A DNA stretch of 64,000 nucleotides from the human T2T-CHM13v2.0 reference genome, Homo sapiens (GCF_009914755.1 NC_060926.1), one strand, 5' to 3'. Counted from the stretch's first letter, positions 41,674 to 56,126 are shown. A program made the numbers and translations. Notes: generated by a model from the sequence alone, not told the origin.

Positions 41674-43343
41674 TTGTATCTCTATATACCATTTATAGAG
41701 ATATAATACTATATATATGGCTGGGGTGGGGCTGAGAAGTCCATGTACCGCCAGACTATGGTGAGTGACCATAGGGTATGACCATTATCTCTTTGTAAGT
41801 AAGTCAATACTGTTCCCCACAGATGAAACCTCAGAGCATAGAAACCCATGGATTAGCAGGAAATGTCACTGAGTCCATTACAGGTCAGGGATCACTGAAA
41901 AATGTCATTGCTCTTCGATTGACACTGCTCCCTGCTTCCTCAGCTGCTCTGCATTTGAGGAGAAGCCCTGTGTGCCTCCAGCTGTTGCCAAGGCAGTTAA
42001 TTAAACAACCGGTCCGGTAAATATCACTGCAGCAAAATAACAAAAACCAAACTCCCTTTGTCCTGACCTCATCGTCCCCAGTAAGATCTGTATCCACAGG
42101 ACACTTAAAGTCACCTTACAGAGGGCTATCCCAGTGCCTGAGGCCTATTAGAGGCGTCTCTTTTCAGCCATCAGTGTTAGAGGCCATCTGCATGGGATCC
42201 CAGAGCCTGCCTCGGGAATGGCAGAAGCTGGCTGGTGCTGGGCGTGGGCTTTGCCTGTTTCACTGCTTTCAGGGAGGCCTGCCACAGGGGAGGAAACTGG
42301 TGGGGGAATGGACCCCTGTCCATGTGAGCTGGTCCTTGTGTGAGAGCCACAGTGAGGTCCCAGCCCTTGAGTCATGTCTGTCACTGACCTGTGCCACCTG
42401 CAGCAACTTACTCCTCTTCCCCTTGCCTGTTTGCTCATCTGCCAAAAGACAGACACCTGCTCTCTCTCCCCTGGCTTGGGAGGTTTATTGTGAGACTCAG
42501 GAGAGGGCACACAGTCGATGGACAGCCGTGTTTGAAAGGTGGCAGTAGGGAGGGGAGAGGAGGCTGCCCACCAACAGCGTGAGGCTGTATCCTGGGTCCC
42601 CAGGGCGGCAGTGCCTGGGGAAGGCCAGGTAGTCCAGGAGGTGCTGGCAGCCGAGGCTGGGCCCTGACAGAGGCAGGGAAGGAAGCTCTGGGGAAAGGTT
42701 AGTGAGCTCCTTGGCTGCACAAGAAGTCGCCACTCCCATACAGGCAGCCTCTAGGCTCCCGGAGAAAACCCGGCTTTCGTGGAGTGGAACTTTTGAAAAG
42801 CCTTCTGAATTCAGGGGTTAGAAAGCACAGCAAAGAGGATCTTGATTTCTGTGCTGTGGGATGACCTTTAGTTAGTGGAGCTTGGGTTTAAAAAGGCAAA
42901 AAACGTGATGAGGCAGAGACAGACAGCCCCACAGGGACAGCATAAACCTCGCACGGTGGGAACCAGACACCCCGAGCAGCTTCCTGAAATCCTGTGGGCT
43001 TCTGACTAAGCCCTGGACACATGTGCCAGCCGGGCTGTCCCTGGCCAAGAGGCCAGGCCTGCAGGGGGCCTCAGGGGGCAGCAGCTCCCTATCCAGGCCT
43101 GGGTTTCGGGCCAAGCCGCGGAATGTGAAAGGTCCCGTGCACGCTTGGAGATGCCTGTGTGAGTCCTTTCTTCTTGTTTTGGGTATGAGAGGCAGCTGGG
43201 AGGCCCGACCAGGGAGGGGCAGGAATATGAGGTGAAGGGGAATGGGCCACTGATAAGCGTCCTTCCTGAAGCCATGGGCTCTGTGGGGCGATGGTTTTAG
43301 GTAACAAATTCCTTGGGCTTTAGTCAGGCCGCTTGTAGTGAAG

Positions 43344-43357
43344 GTCACCATAGTAAC
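43344..43357 (+). promoter_or_regulatory. RFX X-box motif (GTCACC AT AGTAAC)
   Basis: Consensus match; motif only. Confidence 0.4.
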
Positions 43358-45384
43358 CAAACAAAGTTCCTCAGCTCATGATGGGAGCTTTCCAATAACC
43401 AGCCTGTCACGGCTCCCGTCCCAGGCCTGGCAGTCTGCCAGGCTGGTTTTGAAAGCCCAGGCCATACATAGGTCAAGGGAAGAACAAACAATTTCCCCTT
43501 CCCCTCTCCACAGTGGGCAAGGCCACCTCTTCCCACCCCCTGGAACCTCCGTCGGTCAGGGTAGGCCCTCTTGGGAGTTTCTGCTGGCCCAGTACTGGTC
43601 CCGGGGGACTTGGAAAGTCCTGGGGGAAGCTTTCAGAGCCCCGGAGACCCTCCCCAGTACAGGAATAATATGGGCTTCCCGACAAGCCAGAGCACGTGCC
43701 TGTAAACAAATGGAACCACACAGCCTTCTGCCCCAGGAAACCTAGACTGTTTTGGAAAATGTTTGAGCTGATAACCAGGCATTAGCTGGAGCCATACCTT
43801 GACTGACTTCAGCTAAGGCTAACGTTGGAGCTCAAGGGCACTCCTGGGATCTACCTGGTGTGCCTCACCTTTTTTTCAGGTGGCGCTTGTTGTATATTTC
43901 TCGTGGTATATTCCAATGAGCAGGGGGGATGAGTCCCGGGGCTTCTGTTAACATTCCTGACTTAAACCCAGTGTGTTTATTTGATTGTTCTTATTAAGGA
44001 CTTGTAGTACATCAAAAGGATGCTTAGCATACCAACACTCCAGTGAGGGGGTGGAATCAAAGGTATTAACACAAACATAGTTTATCACTTTGCTGGGTTC
44101 ATTAAACACGTTTGGCTGCCACAGCCCCTGAGGAAGACACCAGCCATGGGGGAACCTTGCAAGCCACGTGGCAGAGGGAAGTGTTAAGCCAGTCATAATC
44201 ACTGGCAGCGCCGGATCCTTCCCCAAAGGTCAGTTCCTCATTAGCTAAGCTGAGTTGACATTCAGCATTTCCCTTCGTGGGTTGTCCCGTGAGAACCTCT
44301 GTGGCCTTGCTCTGTGTGACATGTACAGGTGAAAGTTGATGGTCATCATTCTCCAGTTAGTGGTCTGCCTACATTCAGACTTCTAGGGTAGATGACACAG
44401 GTTGTTTTGTTTGTCTGGGGAAGAGAGGAAAGAAAGGAAAGAGGAAGGAACATAGATACTTTCAGGTTTTGTTTTCAAAGGTGATGGTAACCCTTTCCTT
44501 CTGGTACTTGTTGCTTTCTCTGCTTGCGGCAGGGGCTGGAGGCAGGAATTGTGGCCCAGGGCACATGGTTCTCTGTAGCAGGGGAGGCCCAGCCCCAAGA
44601 CAAAGCCTTTTTGCGCCTGGGAGAAGGCCTGTGTCCACAAAGCAGAGCTGACCTCTCCTCTGCAGTGGGAGATCTTCAGGTCCCTGGGGGTCTGACACAG
44701 GGCAGAGAGACCAAGGCAATTGCTTCTTTGTGTCTCAGCCCTGGCTGGGAACCTGCCTTTGTTCCTAAGGTAAGAAGAACCTAAGCGTCTTCTTTTGGGA
44801 AGTTCTTCCACCCCTGAATGGCCATGAAAAGGCACTGTGTGGTTTACATTTAAGTCTTTCAAGATCAGGAATTTGTGTTTGGGAAGTCCTCTCAAGGTAG
44901 CTGGAGGTAGCTGCAGGGAGGGAAGCCGAGACCCGGAGGCCAGTTGTGTCAGCCCAGAAACAGATAAGAATGCCATGTAACCCTGCAGCCAGCTGCAGGG
45001 TAGGGGCAGGCTGCTCTCAGAGCAGCCCTGGGGCCCTTCACCAGGTCAGGGACAGTCTTTGAAGTAAGAAGGCACTAACTTCAGGAAACCAAAGCTTTCA
45101 GGCTGTTGATTTTTAAAGCTTCAAAGTGAGATCACGTTAAATGAATTCATTAAGAGGTGGAGGATCATCATGAGCCTTATAAGATTAGAGGACATGGGTC
45201 AGTCTAATCCTCCAGACCGAAGGAAAAATAATTAGTTTTAGGGTTAAGAAGAGCTGCTAAAAAATGTCCCTTCTGTGTTAGGGATTAGTCTCTGGGAAGG
45301 TAATAAAACTGGGGCTGACTGTGGCCCTCCCCCTTTCAGGGAGGGTAAGGCCTGTTAGAGTCCTTTTAAAAATCATACCCTCTA

Positions 45385-45648
45385 GGCTGGGCACAGTGGC
45401 TTTGGGAGGCCAAGGCAGGAAGATCACTCGAGGCTAGGAGTTTGAGAACAGCCCTGGTAACATAGCAAGACCTCGTCTGTACAAAAAATTTTAAAAGTTA
45501 ACCAGGCGTGGTGGCACACACCTGTAGTCCCAACGACTTGGGAGGCTGGGGTGAGAGGATTGGTTGAGCCTAGGAAGTTCAGGCTGCAGTGAGCTGTGAT
45601 CACACTATTACACTCCAGCTTGGGTGACAGAACTGTCTCTTTAAAAAA
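45385..45648 (+). mobile_element. AluJ with internal deletion in left arm
   Basis: ggctgggcacagtggc joins directly to tttgggagg (about 21 nt missing). Confidence 0.88.
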
Positions 45649-46429
45649 GTCCTGAGCATGTGTTGGATTTAACATGGGTGAGAGACCATGTGTCTGGGAG
45701 ACCTAGATCACTCAGCATATCCCCCGCATCCTGGCCAGGGTCTGGGTGATCACACTTGAATGGGGGTGAGGGGCAGGCTGGCTCCTGCTCAGAGGGCCCT
45801 CCCTGCCCCATCCTACTGTGCAGGTAGGGTATCCATACCTTGTCAGGCTGGCCCCTCTCTCCCACTATAGGCCTTTGTCTGCCCTTCCTGCCCATCTTCA
45901 GAGGACCCCCTCAGGTCCACTTTGTCCCCGGAGCCCCTGTACTTCAAAGCTGAACCACTCATTTGAGTACCAGATTCTGTTCTTGTTGTGTTTCCCAATG
46001 CGTTGGATGTCTTGTTTGAGTTTGGAAGTACCTTTGGAGCAGAGACTGGCCTCTCCTCTGCCTGCTTACCCCCATGGTAGGGAAACCCCCACTAAGCACA
46101 AAACACACTCCAGTGGACTCTCCAGCTGCTAGACAATGGGAGGGAGCTGTTTTGTTTTTTGGAAGGAAGAGAACCATGCGGGGATTTGGGGATCTCACAG
46201 CCAGAGTACTGTCACACCCCTCACCCAGTTTGGTTGTTTTGGTTTGGTTGCTCTGTTTTTTGGTCTTTACAGCACCCCTGTTTTGAAGATGAAGAAACTA
46301 ATGTGAAAGTTAGATGATAGCTCAAGATCACATAGCTGATGAGTGGTGGAGCAGAGGCGAGAACCCATGCCAGCTGATTGGCAGGACCGCCCTGGTATAC
46401 TTGAACTCCAAGAGCTTCAATAACAATAA

Positions 46430-47165
<736 letters not shown>

Positions 47166-50100
47166 CGACTTGGTGCAGCCCAGGCTGGGGACCATTTACT
47201 ATGCAGCCTCTGGCCTCCTGGCCAAGGAATTAGACTTTCCAGAGGCGTGGCCACCTGACTCAGAGAATAGCCTGCTTTTTCACTCAATTATGTGTTTTCT
47301 ATAAAAATAGAACTCTTCATTAAAACAGCTCAGCACAGCCATCAGCTGCAATTACTAATTACTGTCCTTTTAAGAGATAATGCCCCTTTCTATGCATTCA
47401 CTACACCTGCTGCCACTTCCCACCCACCCTCCCCCCACCCACCCCCCCGACACACAGAGGGTTCCCAGAATGGCCAGGAGCCAGAGGGATCCGGAATTGC
47501 TGCCCAGGGCCCAGTGAGCACACATGGGACCAGTAGCACCTGGAAGAATGGAGAGTTTCAGGAACGCCCTGCAGCTTCACTTCCTTGGAGCTGCTTGGAT
47601 CCTGGGAATACCCACAGTGTTCCAGGCCTTGGTGAGCCCTTGTGACTCAACTTTCCTCTTCCGTTCTTCAGCAATTTGTTGAGTGATATGAGAGCAGGCA
47701 CCAAGGATACAAAGATAAGAAAGACCTAGTTCTCCCCCAGATGAAGGAAGGATCTCGCAGGAAGACAGGTCTGACAACAGCAAAGATGACTGAGAATGAC
47801 AGCTAACCTCTCTTGAGGGGTGACATGCGCCAGGCACAGGCTCTCTTCCCCTTAGTTCTCCCAGCAACCCTCCTGGGCAGTACCATGACTGTCCTGCCTT
47901 GCAAATGAATAGGCACCATCAGAGGTGAAGGCACTTCCAGGAAGCAGCAGAGCCTGGAAGTATACCCACATCATCTGATGCTGAAGGCCCTGTCTCAACA
48001 GGGAAGTGGCTCCCTTATGTACATGGTGGTTACTGTGTTCAAGTGTTCATTGCAGGTGCTGAGTAACTACAGGGAGCTGCTTTCAGGAATATGAAAGTAA
48101 AAATGTGCACCCGACGTGCTTGCTGCCCACACAGCCTGTGTGTTTCCGTGCAGCCAGCTCTGCTCTGCCAACTTCCCCCACCAGCAAGAGTGGTGTGCTG
48201 GGGTGAGCAGCCAGGGAGGGGACACAGGGAGGGTGAGGATTGGTGCCCCCAGGTAAGGGGATGGAGATGACCTCTGACCCCAGGACTGTGCTTGGCTTAG
48301 CCAGAGACACCACAAAAATATCCCCTATCTACAAGATAACTATTTTTTTTTAAGTTTTTGGAAAAGCCATACTTACTCATTTCTGAGGAGTCTCACCCTA
48401 AGAGCTCTTTATAGCAGTGGGAAGAAATTGTTTCTCTTTGCCTCACATGGGAACAAGTCCAAGTCTTAATCCTTTTGACAAATAATTAGCAGTGTGATCC
48501 TGCCCTAGGAGTGCAGGTGAGGCATGGCTAGGAAGAAAAGGAGGAAGAGGAGGCAGATGCCAACATTCTCCTGGGAGCCTCCATCATCAGCCTGAGCTGG
48601 AGCGCTTGGGGAGATTGGCAAAGCTGGTGGCCTGTGGCATAGCCATTTTCTAACGGGGAACAGAGACACCAACCTCACTGGTCTCTAACTTCCTCCACAG
48701 AATCAGTGCTGCCCTAGACATACAGACCCTGTGGGCTGAGATGTCCCCTGGTTCAGCAGGGGCTGACTCTGTTAGGTCACCTGAGTGCCTTTCTGTGCCC
48801 CTGGGTGCTGCATCATGCTTGCAGATGGCATGGGAGTCGGCAGGTCCCAGTGGTTAGGATGGTGGGTGAGGGAACACCGAGCCTGGGTGAGGGGTGGCCG
48901 GTGTGGTCTACTGAAGGCTCTGGCAGCATCCTGACGAGGGCATAAGCACATAAAGAGGGGGCTTCTGTCTGCACTGGGCTCCCCGCCCAGACCAGGGCCT
49001 GTGTGCCACGTGGCCTGGATGGGGCTGCAGAGAGTACCAAGGATGGAGCACATCTCAGGACCCGGCCGTCCTTCCCTAGCCCCAGGAGTGTGACCAAGCG
49101 CATGGGGTGTTTACACTGACCCACGCTCCTTCCCCTTTCCCAGACAGAACACTCACTTTCATATCATCCTTCGATGCCGATGGCGTGGCAAGGGCGTTCG
49201 GCCTTAAAAGACCTCAGTGTTTACTTCACATGGGCTTCCACAGCTTAAACAGGAAAATGCTTGCAAGAGGGGTCACAGCGAGCATGCTTTGCCCAGAGCC
49301 CAGTTCCTATAGCTTTATGCATCTCCTTCCATCGTCTTCCTGTCATAAGCCTGTCTTAGGTCCTAGGAGTGAAGGGCCTAGTTCAACAGACCAAGAAGCT
49401 CAGGGCTTTCTGGGAGCCTTCAGAGGCACCTGGCCTAGAAACTTGCTTCTTGGGATCGGGCCGGCCTGCGGCTTCAAAGCAGGAGTCCCTTCCCTGTGTG
49501 CTGGAGAGCTGAATGCAGCTGCTACTTAGAGGTCATCACAGTTCAGCCTGGTGGAAGTTCGTGGGACAGGTGACTTTACTCCTGTTGTACAGGTGTGGGA
49601 CCTGTGACATGCCCAGCTGGGTGACCACAGAGCTTGGACTTTGGCTTGGGTTTCTAATTCCTGGGCCAGTGTGTATTCACTTTGAGTAACGACACAGTGT
49701 GAGGCTCGAGGACAGTACTGTGACCATTGCTCTTCTGGAATGGCTCTTGTCGGAGGGCATAAATGTTGAAAGCTGCTGGATTTCGGTATTCAGGCGTTTC
49801 GATCACAGAGACTCTCCTCAGTGATACTTTTTGGCCTTGCCCAGTGACTGTCCCCTGGGATGGAGGCCCTCCACCCCCACCCCAGTCAGGAGGAGCCAGA
49901 AGATTCCACATCTGGAGCCCACTGTTCCTCCCCAGGTCCTGCTTTCACAGGGAGGAAAACTTTGCTTCTGGACAGTTTGGAATGGAATTGGCCAGCGCTC
50001 TGCTTGTCAGCTGTGGGAGTCCGGCCCACACTGCAGCTATGGGGAATCAAGTAACAGGCTCCAGGACTAGGCAGATACTGTGTGCTCAGCACTGTGCCAG

Positions 50101-50259
50101 ACGCTGGGGGAGGGCAGCGGGGCCCTGCCTGCAGGCACTTGCAGACCAGGTGGGGACGCACGATGAGGCACAGGACAAGATAAACGGTGGTTTCACCATC
50201 CATAGGCCGGGCTGGCTGCACACTGATTCTAGAATGTCTGACATTAAAAATGCTTGATA

Positions 50260-50557
50260 CGCCAGTCGCGGTGGCTCAAGCCTGTAATCCCAGCACTTTG
50301 GGAGGCCAAGGTGGGTGGATCACCTGAGGTCAGGAGTTCAAGAACAGCCTGACCTACATGCAGAAACTCCATCTCTACTAAAATACAAAAAATTAGCCGG
50401 GCCTGGTGGCGTATGCCTGTAATCTCAGCTGCTCAGGAGGCTGAGGCAGGAGAATTGCTTGAACCCAGGAGGCAGAGGTTGCGGTGAGCCAAGATTGCGC
50501 CATTCCACTCCAGCCTAGGCAACAAGAGCAAAACTCCGTCTCAAAAAAAAAAAAAAA
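50260..50557 (+). mobile_element. AluS (Sp/Sq-like)
   Basis: Full dimer; TSD core gcttgata on both sides. Confidence 0.95.
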
Positions 50558-50619
50558 GCTTGATATGAGTTTACTATTAAACTCTTAAGCCTAGGTGGCA
50601 AAAAAAGATTATATACATA

Positions 50620-51461
50620 GTAGGGGAAGGGAAAATGGCTTCCCTCCACCCTTCTAGGGAGGAGGGCTTTGGCTGGGCTACAGATTAAATTGAAATGACA
50701 GATTAACGGGAAAAAAAACGTATTTAATTATATACGTATGCACAGAAGTCCCACCAAGTATGAGATTCGAAGAAAGACGGGATGATTGAAGCTTAATAGC
50801 ATCTGGAGCTACAGAAAGGAAAAGGGGATTGGGGTTCCTGCGGGTGGTAGAGACAAGTTATAGGAGGGTGACAGAGAGGAGATGATGAATAAAGGTCCTT
50901 TTGTTATGCAGATAAAAATCTCTCGGGTGATAGAAGTTGTCAGGAACAGCCCTCTTCTTTATAGATACTTTTACTAATGTAGATTTCCCTGAGAGGTGGA
51001 AGTTTCTAGGCCAGGCAGTGTGGCTAATGCCTGTAATCCCAATGCTTTGGGAGGTTGAGGCAGGAGGATCATTTGAGCCCAGGAGTTTGAGACCAGCCTA
51101 GGCAACATAGTGAGACCCCGTCTAACAAAAAATTAAAAAACTAGCTGGGTGTGGTGGCCCATGCCTGTTAGTCCTAACTACTCAGGAGGCTGAGGCAGGA
51201 AGATTGCTTGAGCCCAGGAGATCGAGGCTGCAATGAGCTATGATCACGTCACTGCACTCTGCCTGGGCAGCAGAGCCAGACCTTGTCTCTTTAAAAAAAA
51301 AAAGGAAATTTCTTTTATAAAAGGGCAGCTTTTCAGAGCTACTCTGTGTCTGCAGTTTCTCGGAATAACCAACTCAAAATATAAAATATGCCAAAGTATA
51401 TTTTGGGGTGGCATATTCTGGTCTCAAACAGTCATATTTTAGGGTGGTGTGTCCTGAGCCC

Positions 51462-51463
<2 letters not shown>
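50620..51463 (-). mobile_element. ERV1-class solo LTR (MER34/MER92-like, subfamily uncertain), interrupted by AluJ
   Basis: Minus strand reads ..accagaatatgccaccccaaaatatactttggcata.., typical of MER4-group LTR 5' ends. Confidence 0.6.
51009..51303 (+). mobile_element. AluJ nested in LTR
   Basis: Full dimer; TSD ggaagtttct / ggaaatttct. Confidence 0.92.

Positions 51464-51464
<1 letters not shown>

Positions 51465-51500
<36 letters not shown>
51465..51500. repeat. (GT)14(AT)4 microsatellite
   Basis: Read directly from the sequence. Confidence 0.95.
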
Positions 51501-51501
<1 letters not shown>

Positions 51502-54500
51502 TATAAAGTAATTAAGTGCTAATGGAACACAGTGCCAGACATTCAGAGAAGGACAGCGTGGTCACATAGGGACATCTTGGAGGAGGGCTGGAGCCGTGGG
51601 ATTGAAATAGTTTTTTTAGTCTCAGAATCCTTTATTCAAGTGGTGTTTTAGGCTCAGTTGGTTTATAAGACAGGTAAGCAAGGGGAAGGGGAGCCTAGGC
51701 TTGCCTACTCTATCCCCAGCCCCGACTGCCAGCAGCCTCCCCCCAGCTTCCCCCAGGAGTCACAGCGTTCTGGTGAGGCTGTGGCCACAGCTTCGATTCC
51801 CCCTGGCTGTGAGGGCCCCAGAATGTCACCCACCAGTCCTGACGGCATGCCAGGGCTCCGCCAGGCTTCCTGAAGAAATGGGCTAAGCATTGATAGGTGG
51901 GTGAGGAGAAGCAGCTACCCGTTGCAGTGGACAGGATGGAGAGGGGGCCTGTGCTCCTTAGTCAGAAGAGCAGCTGAGTTGCTCCTTCTGAGGGAGTGGA
52001 GTTGTTTGCTGATCCCTGTTGGAAGTGGGAGAAAGTTCTGCAGTGAACTAGAGGCAAGCCAGCAGAGGCACAGATAACCACATCCTGACATCAGGAAGGC
52101 TGTCTTAGAGGGGGTTGTGCACAGCCCCCATGGGGATACAGAAAGCCAGAGGGCGACATCTGGTTAGGAGCTGGCTGAATGTCAGAGGGGAAAGGGTGAT
52201 CTCAGCAGAGGCTACAGCAGAAGCACAGCACGGATGAGTCCCGGAGCCTGTTCCGAGGCTCAGGGAGCTGCTAATACCCATGTGATCAGTGTACCAGCGC
52301 CCAAGGTCATGGGGAGGATGGCAGGAAGGGAGGGTAGAGCCAGAGTGGGAAAGCTGTGAAGGCCATACAGAGGCACAGAAGGTGAGGACCACAGGTCAGG
52401 GTTCTTTGTGGAAGAAAATCCCTCTGGCAGCGCTCACCTGCCAGCCCAAGGAAATCTCAGGAGCAAATCTGGATCCTCCCAGGATCCTGGAGTGAAAGAT
52501 CAGACCAGAGTGACTGGTGGAGCACTTGCCCCAGCCCAGAAAGGATGTGGTCGGGTTGAGAAAATCCGCTCTGGGCCACTCATGCTAATGGAATGTCAGC
52601 AGCTGCAAAGGTACAGCCTGCCTTTGGTAGAACTTACTGTGATGCCAGCTCAGTTTTCATCCACTTCTTTGCCAGGCACATGGTGTGGTCGGGTCTGCCC
52701 TAGACCCATTCCGGCCCTCAAAGATGAAGAAAATGAGAAGGGGGCTCTGGCAGAGAGAAGTGTGATGCCTGCAGAGGGCCCGGGGAATGCAGCAGGGCTG
52801 GCCTGCCCAGGGAGCTGTCCCCAGGGAGCTGTCCCCAGGAACCAGCCCAGCCCAGGGGACTTGGCTGACTGAGGGAGGGGCTTTCCCACCTCACTGACAC
52901 CTGCTGCTTCAACCAGCTGCCCCACCCTCCACACCGGAGCCTCTTCTCTCTCCCTGACTCCCAGCCAAGTCCCACTCCACCCTGCTTTTCACCAAACACC
53001 AGCTCCAGCAAGACCCCTTTCCTGTTTCTTCCCCTGTACTGAGTCTGATCCAAAAATTCAGCCCTTGATTCTCTGGGCAGTGTGTCATTTATAGCGCTCT
53101 AATTGTTGTCTCGAAGGCAGCCATTGTGTTTTCTTCTTCATATTCCCGAAAGCACAGGCCCCTGATACTTATGGAGTGTTGGATCCTTTGCAAACCTGCG
53201 GAAGGAGAGTACAGTGGCAAGACCAGTTGTCCCCAGCAGTTGCCCACTGGGGTCATTCCTACTCAGGGCTGTGTCCTGCCAGCTGTGCACTCAGGTCCGT
53301 GCAGTCCATGCTAGGGGGATCCCGGTTTCTGCCCTTGGGACCTGATAGGCAAGCCAGGTGGTCGTTAGTTCTATGTTCCAAGATGGGTGCAGGGCATCCT
53401 AAGAATTGAGAGAGGTGGGATTTAAAGCCAGGCTTGGGATGGATGAAAATGAAGAGGAGAGTTGGTATCTGGGGGGCAACCCGTGTGCAGGGTCAGGAAA
53501 GGCATTTTGGGGATGCAGTGAGGAAGAAAAATACTTGTCCAGAAATCCCCTCTTCTGAAAATCCTGGGGCAAATTCCACCCTCTTCATTCTCTACCAAGT
53601 TGCAATCTAAGAGACAAAGTATGGAAAGATGGGCAGAGAGTAAGGACATCAGAGGGCTTCATGAAGCTGGGAGCCCAGGTCTTAGGGCAGAGGCCCAGCT
53701 GAGAGAGAAGATCAGAGGGGCAACTGCCAGGGGCAGGCCTGGCCTCACCGGGTGGCACCTGCAGCCTTCGCAGTCTGGGTAGGGACCCTCCGATGGAGCA
53801 GGCCTGTGTGCTACCCTCAGGTGGGCTGGTAGAACCTCCGGGCAGTGATCAAGTGCAGGCCCTGACAGTACCGTGGTCTTGCTCATCAGTGATACTGAGA
53901 AGAAAGGGCCTCACTACTCACCACTGGTGAGAACCGGGAGGTGCTGCCGTCTGGCCCTCGGTGGTTCAAACTCTTCGCAGGCTGCCCAGGCAGCTGGTTG
54001 GGTGAAAATATGACTGGACTTCCATACTGGTTGCTGTATAGCCACTGCCTGGACCCCTCCAGAACCCCCAGACCTCCCCAGCATCTGAAGGGCCAACACC
54101 AGTCACAGCAGGGCCTCCAGGGCTCCACCCCAGCTCTTGATGAGCAAGTGTCATGACTGGCCTGTGAGAAGCATTCTGGCTGTGCCTGCTGTGTCCAGGG
54201 TAGAGGGAGGGAGCCAGCCATCCCCGCTGAGGTCCTGCCTCCAGGTGGGACCAGCTCTTCTTCTCAACCATTCTAAGGGCCACTCCCCACACTGGTCTTA
54301 CCTCAGAGGACTTTAGGTTTTCAGGTCGAAAGAAATTCTGAAGTTGCTTGCTCTCATTGCACGGTAACTGTCCCTAAATGGTGATTGAAAAGGATTTCAC
54401 GTCACTTTAATCCTATGGATTATATAAGGGGAGCTGGCTATTTTGGGAAATCCAAGGAAGAATCCTTTGATAAAGCATAACACCGCCTTCTTTGTGTATC

Positions 54501-55014
54501 TCCAGGGTCAGGAAGCAAACTTTGCAGTTCCACTTAGGAGGCGTTGCTTGGGCACCTATACTGTTGTGGCTGGCAAGGTGGGAAGTGGAGCTCTGTCCTT
54601 AGGGGACCTCCTTGCCAGTTCCTTGCTCTACCTTCACTCACGGATTCTAAGTCACTGTCTGGATGGGTCTCTTATCCAAGGTCCCATGCTGGGCCCTGTG
54701 GGGAATGTGAGTGTAAGCCTGGTCCCACGATCATTAGGCACAGGGCGTTGCTTAGTGGAGGATGTGGGTAGGAAGAGCAAACCGAGCAAGACCAGGACTC
54801 ACAGAACAGTGCTTCAGAGATGGGCAGGATGGCACATGGTCAGGGGACACGGGGCATCAGCAGTGTGGGCACTGACAATGCTTCATGGAGTGCTTCATGC
54901 TTTGGCAGCAAAGATGGGGAGAAACTGAGGCACACAGAGAAAGCAAGCGGTCCAGGGGCATGGCAGAGGCTGCTGCCCTCATGGCACTCTGCTTTCTGCG
55001 AGTTAGGGAGGTGA

Positions 55015-55221
<207 letters not shown>

Positions 55222-55259
55222 TGAGTGGCCGTCATTGTCTCTTGGGTTGCCAGAGGGTG

Positions 55260-55273
55260 GTTGCCAGGGCAAC
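55260..55273 (+). promoter_or_regulatory. RFX X-box motif (GTTGCC AG GGCAAC)
   Basis: 13/14 match to the palindrome GTTGCCATGGCAAC; motif only. Confidence 0.45.
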
Positions 55274-55539
55274 AATCCACAGCTGGGTGGCCACCATGCC
55301 TGCCAAGATGGGGAGGAGAGTGAGGCTTTTGAATGAGAGCGTGGAACTTCCTGCCCACAGAGCTTTCACATCCATAGTCCAGTTTGAACCTCCTGACAGT
55401 CCTCTATGAAGTACATAGAGACCCTACGTAGGACATTGAGGTTCAGAGTGGTAAGAAGGAAGAGAAATCATTCTTGAGCACTGGAGCTGGGTGCTGGGCT
55501 TGTTCCTTTATCTTACACCTCAGCTGCTTATAGCTTATG

Positions 55540-55670
55540 CATTATCAGATTTTATTCCCAGCCCAGTGAGGAAACTCAGACACAGAGACTTTATATATAG
55601 CTTACCAGAATCACTCGCCTGGTAAGTGGTAGTGCTGGGACTTGAACTTGGGTCTCCTGAGTTCCAGCCC
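55540..55670 (-). mobile_element. MIR
   Basis: tgaggaaactcagacacagaga..ggtaagtggtagtgctgggacttgaac. Confidence 0.65.
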
Positions 55671-56054
55671 ATGGAGCCTGTCACTTCTTTCCTCATTCCA
55701 TTTGGAGGCTAGAAGAGGAGGAGGAGGTGTACTCCTGAAGGGCCACCCCTTCTTCCCTAGTCACCCACGGTCTTCATGCCTCCTGTCTCCTGCTGGAGAC
55801 CCTGGCCTGGGACCTGGGTCTTTCATGGGCCAGAGCAGGGCACTCTTGTCCAGGCTGAATCTGCAGGAAGTCTTTGCTCAAACCCAATGGGATGCCTAGG
55901 CTTAGCCTATGTGGCCCAAAGGGAAAGTGGGCCTCCTTCAGGTCAGGAGCCCTGCCTCTTCCTGATCCTCTTGTCCTTCTTTGGGATAGCTGGCTGTGTC
56001 ATCTCCCTGAGGCCTCAGGGGACCCCAGTCTGGTGTATATTTGTGTTTTCACAG

Positions 56055-56126
56055 AGACTTTAGGAGCCCAGAAGGCTTCCAGACTCCCCAGAGGAACATC
56101 TGTAACAGTGAAATTTACAGAGGAGG
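56055..56126 (+). CDS. TTC7A: TTC7A alternative 72-nt cassette exon (adds [24 protein letters not shown])
   Basis: tttgtgttttcacag|A GAC TTT ... GGA GG|gtaatc. Phase 2-2, no stop, and +24 aa fits my recollection of an 882-aa isoform. Confidence 0.8.
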
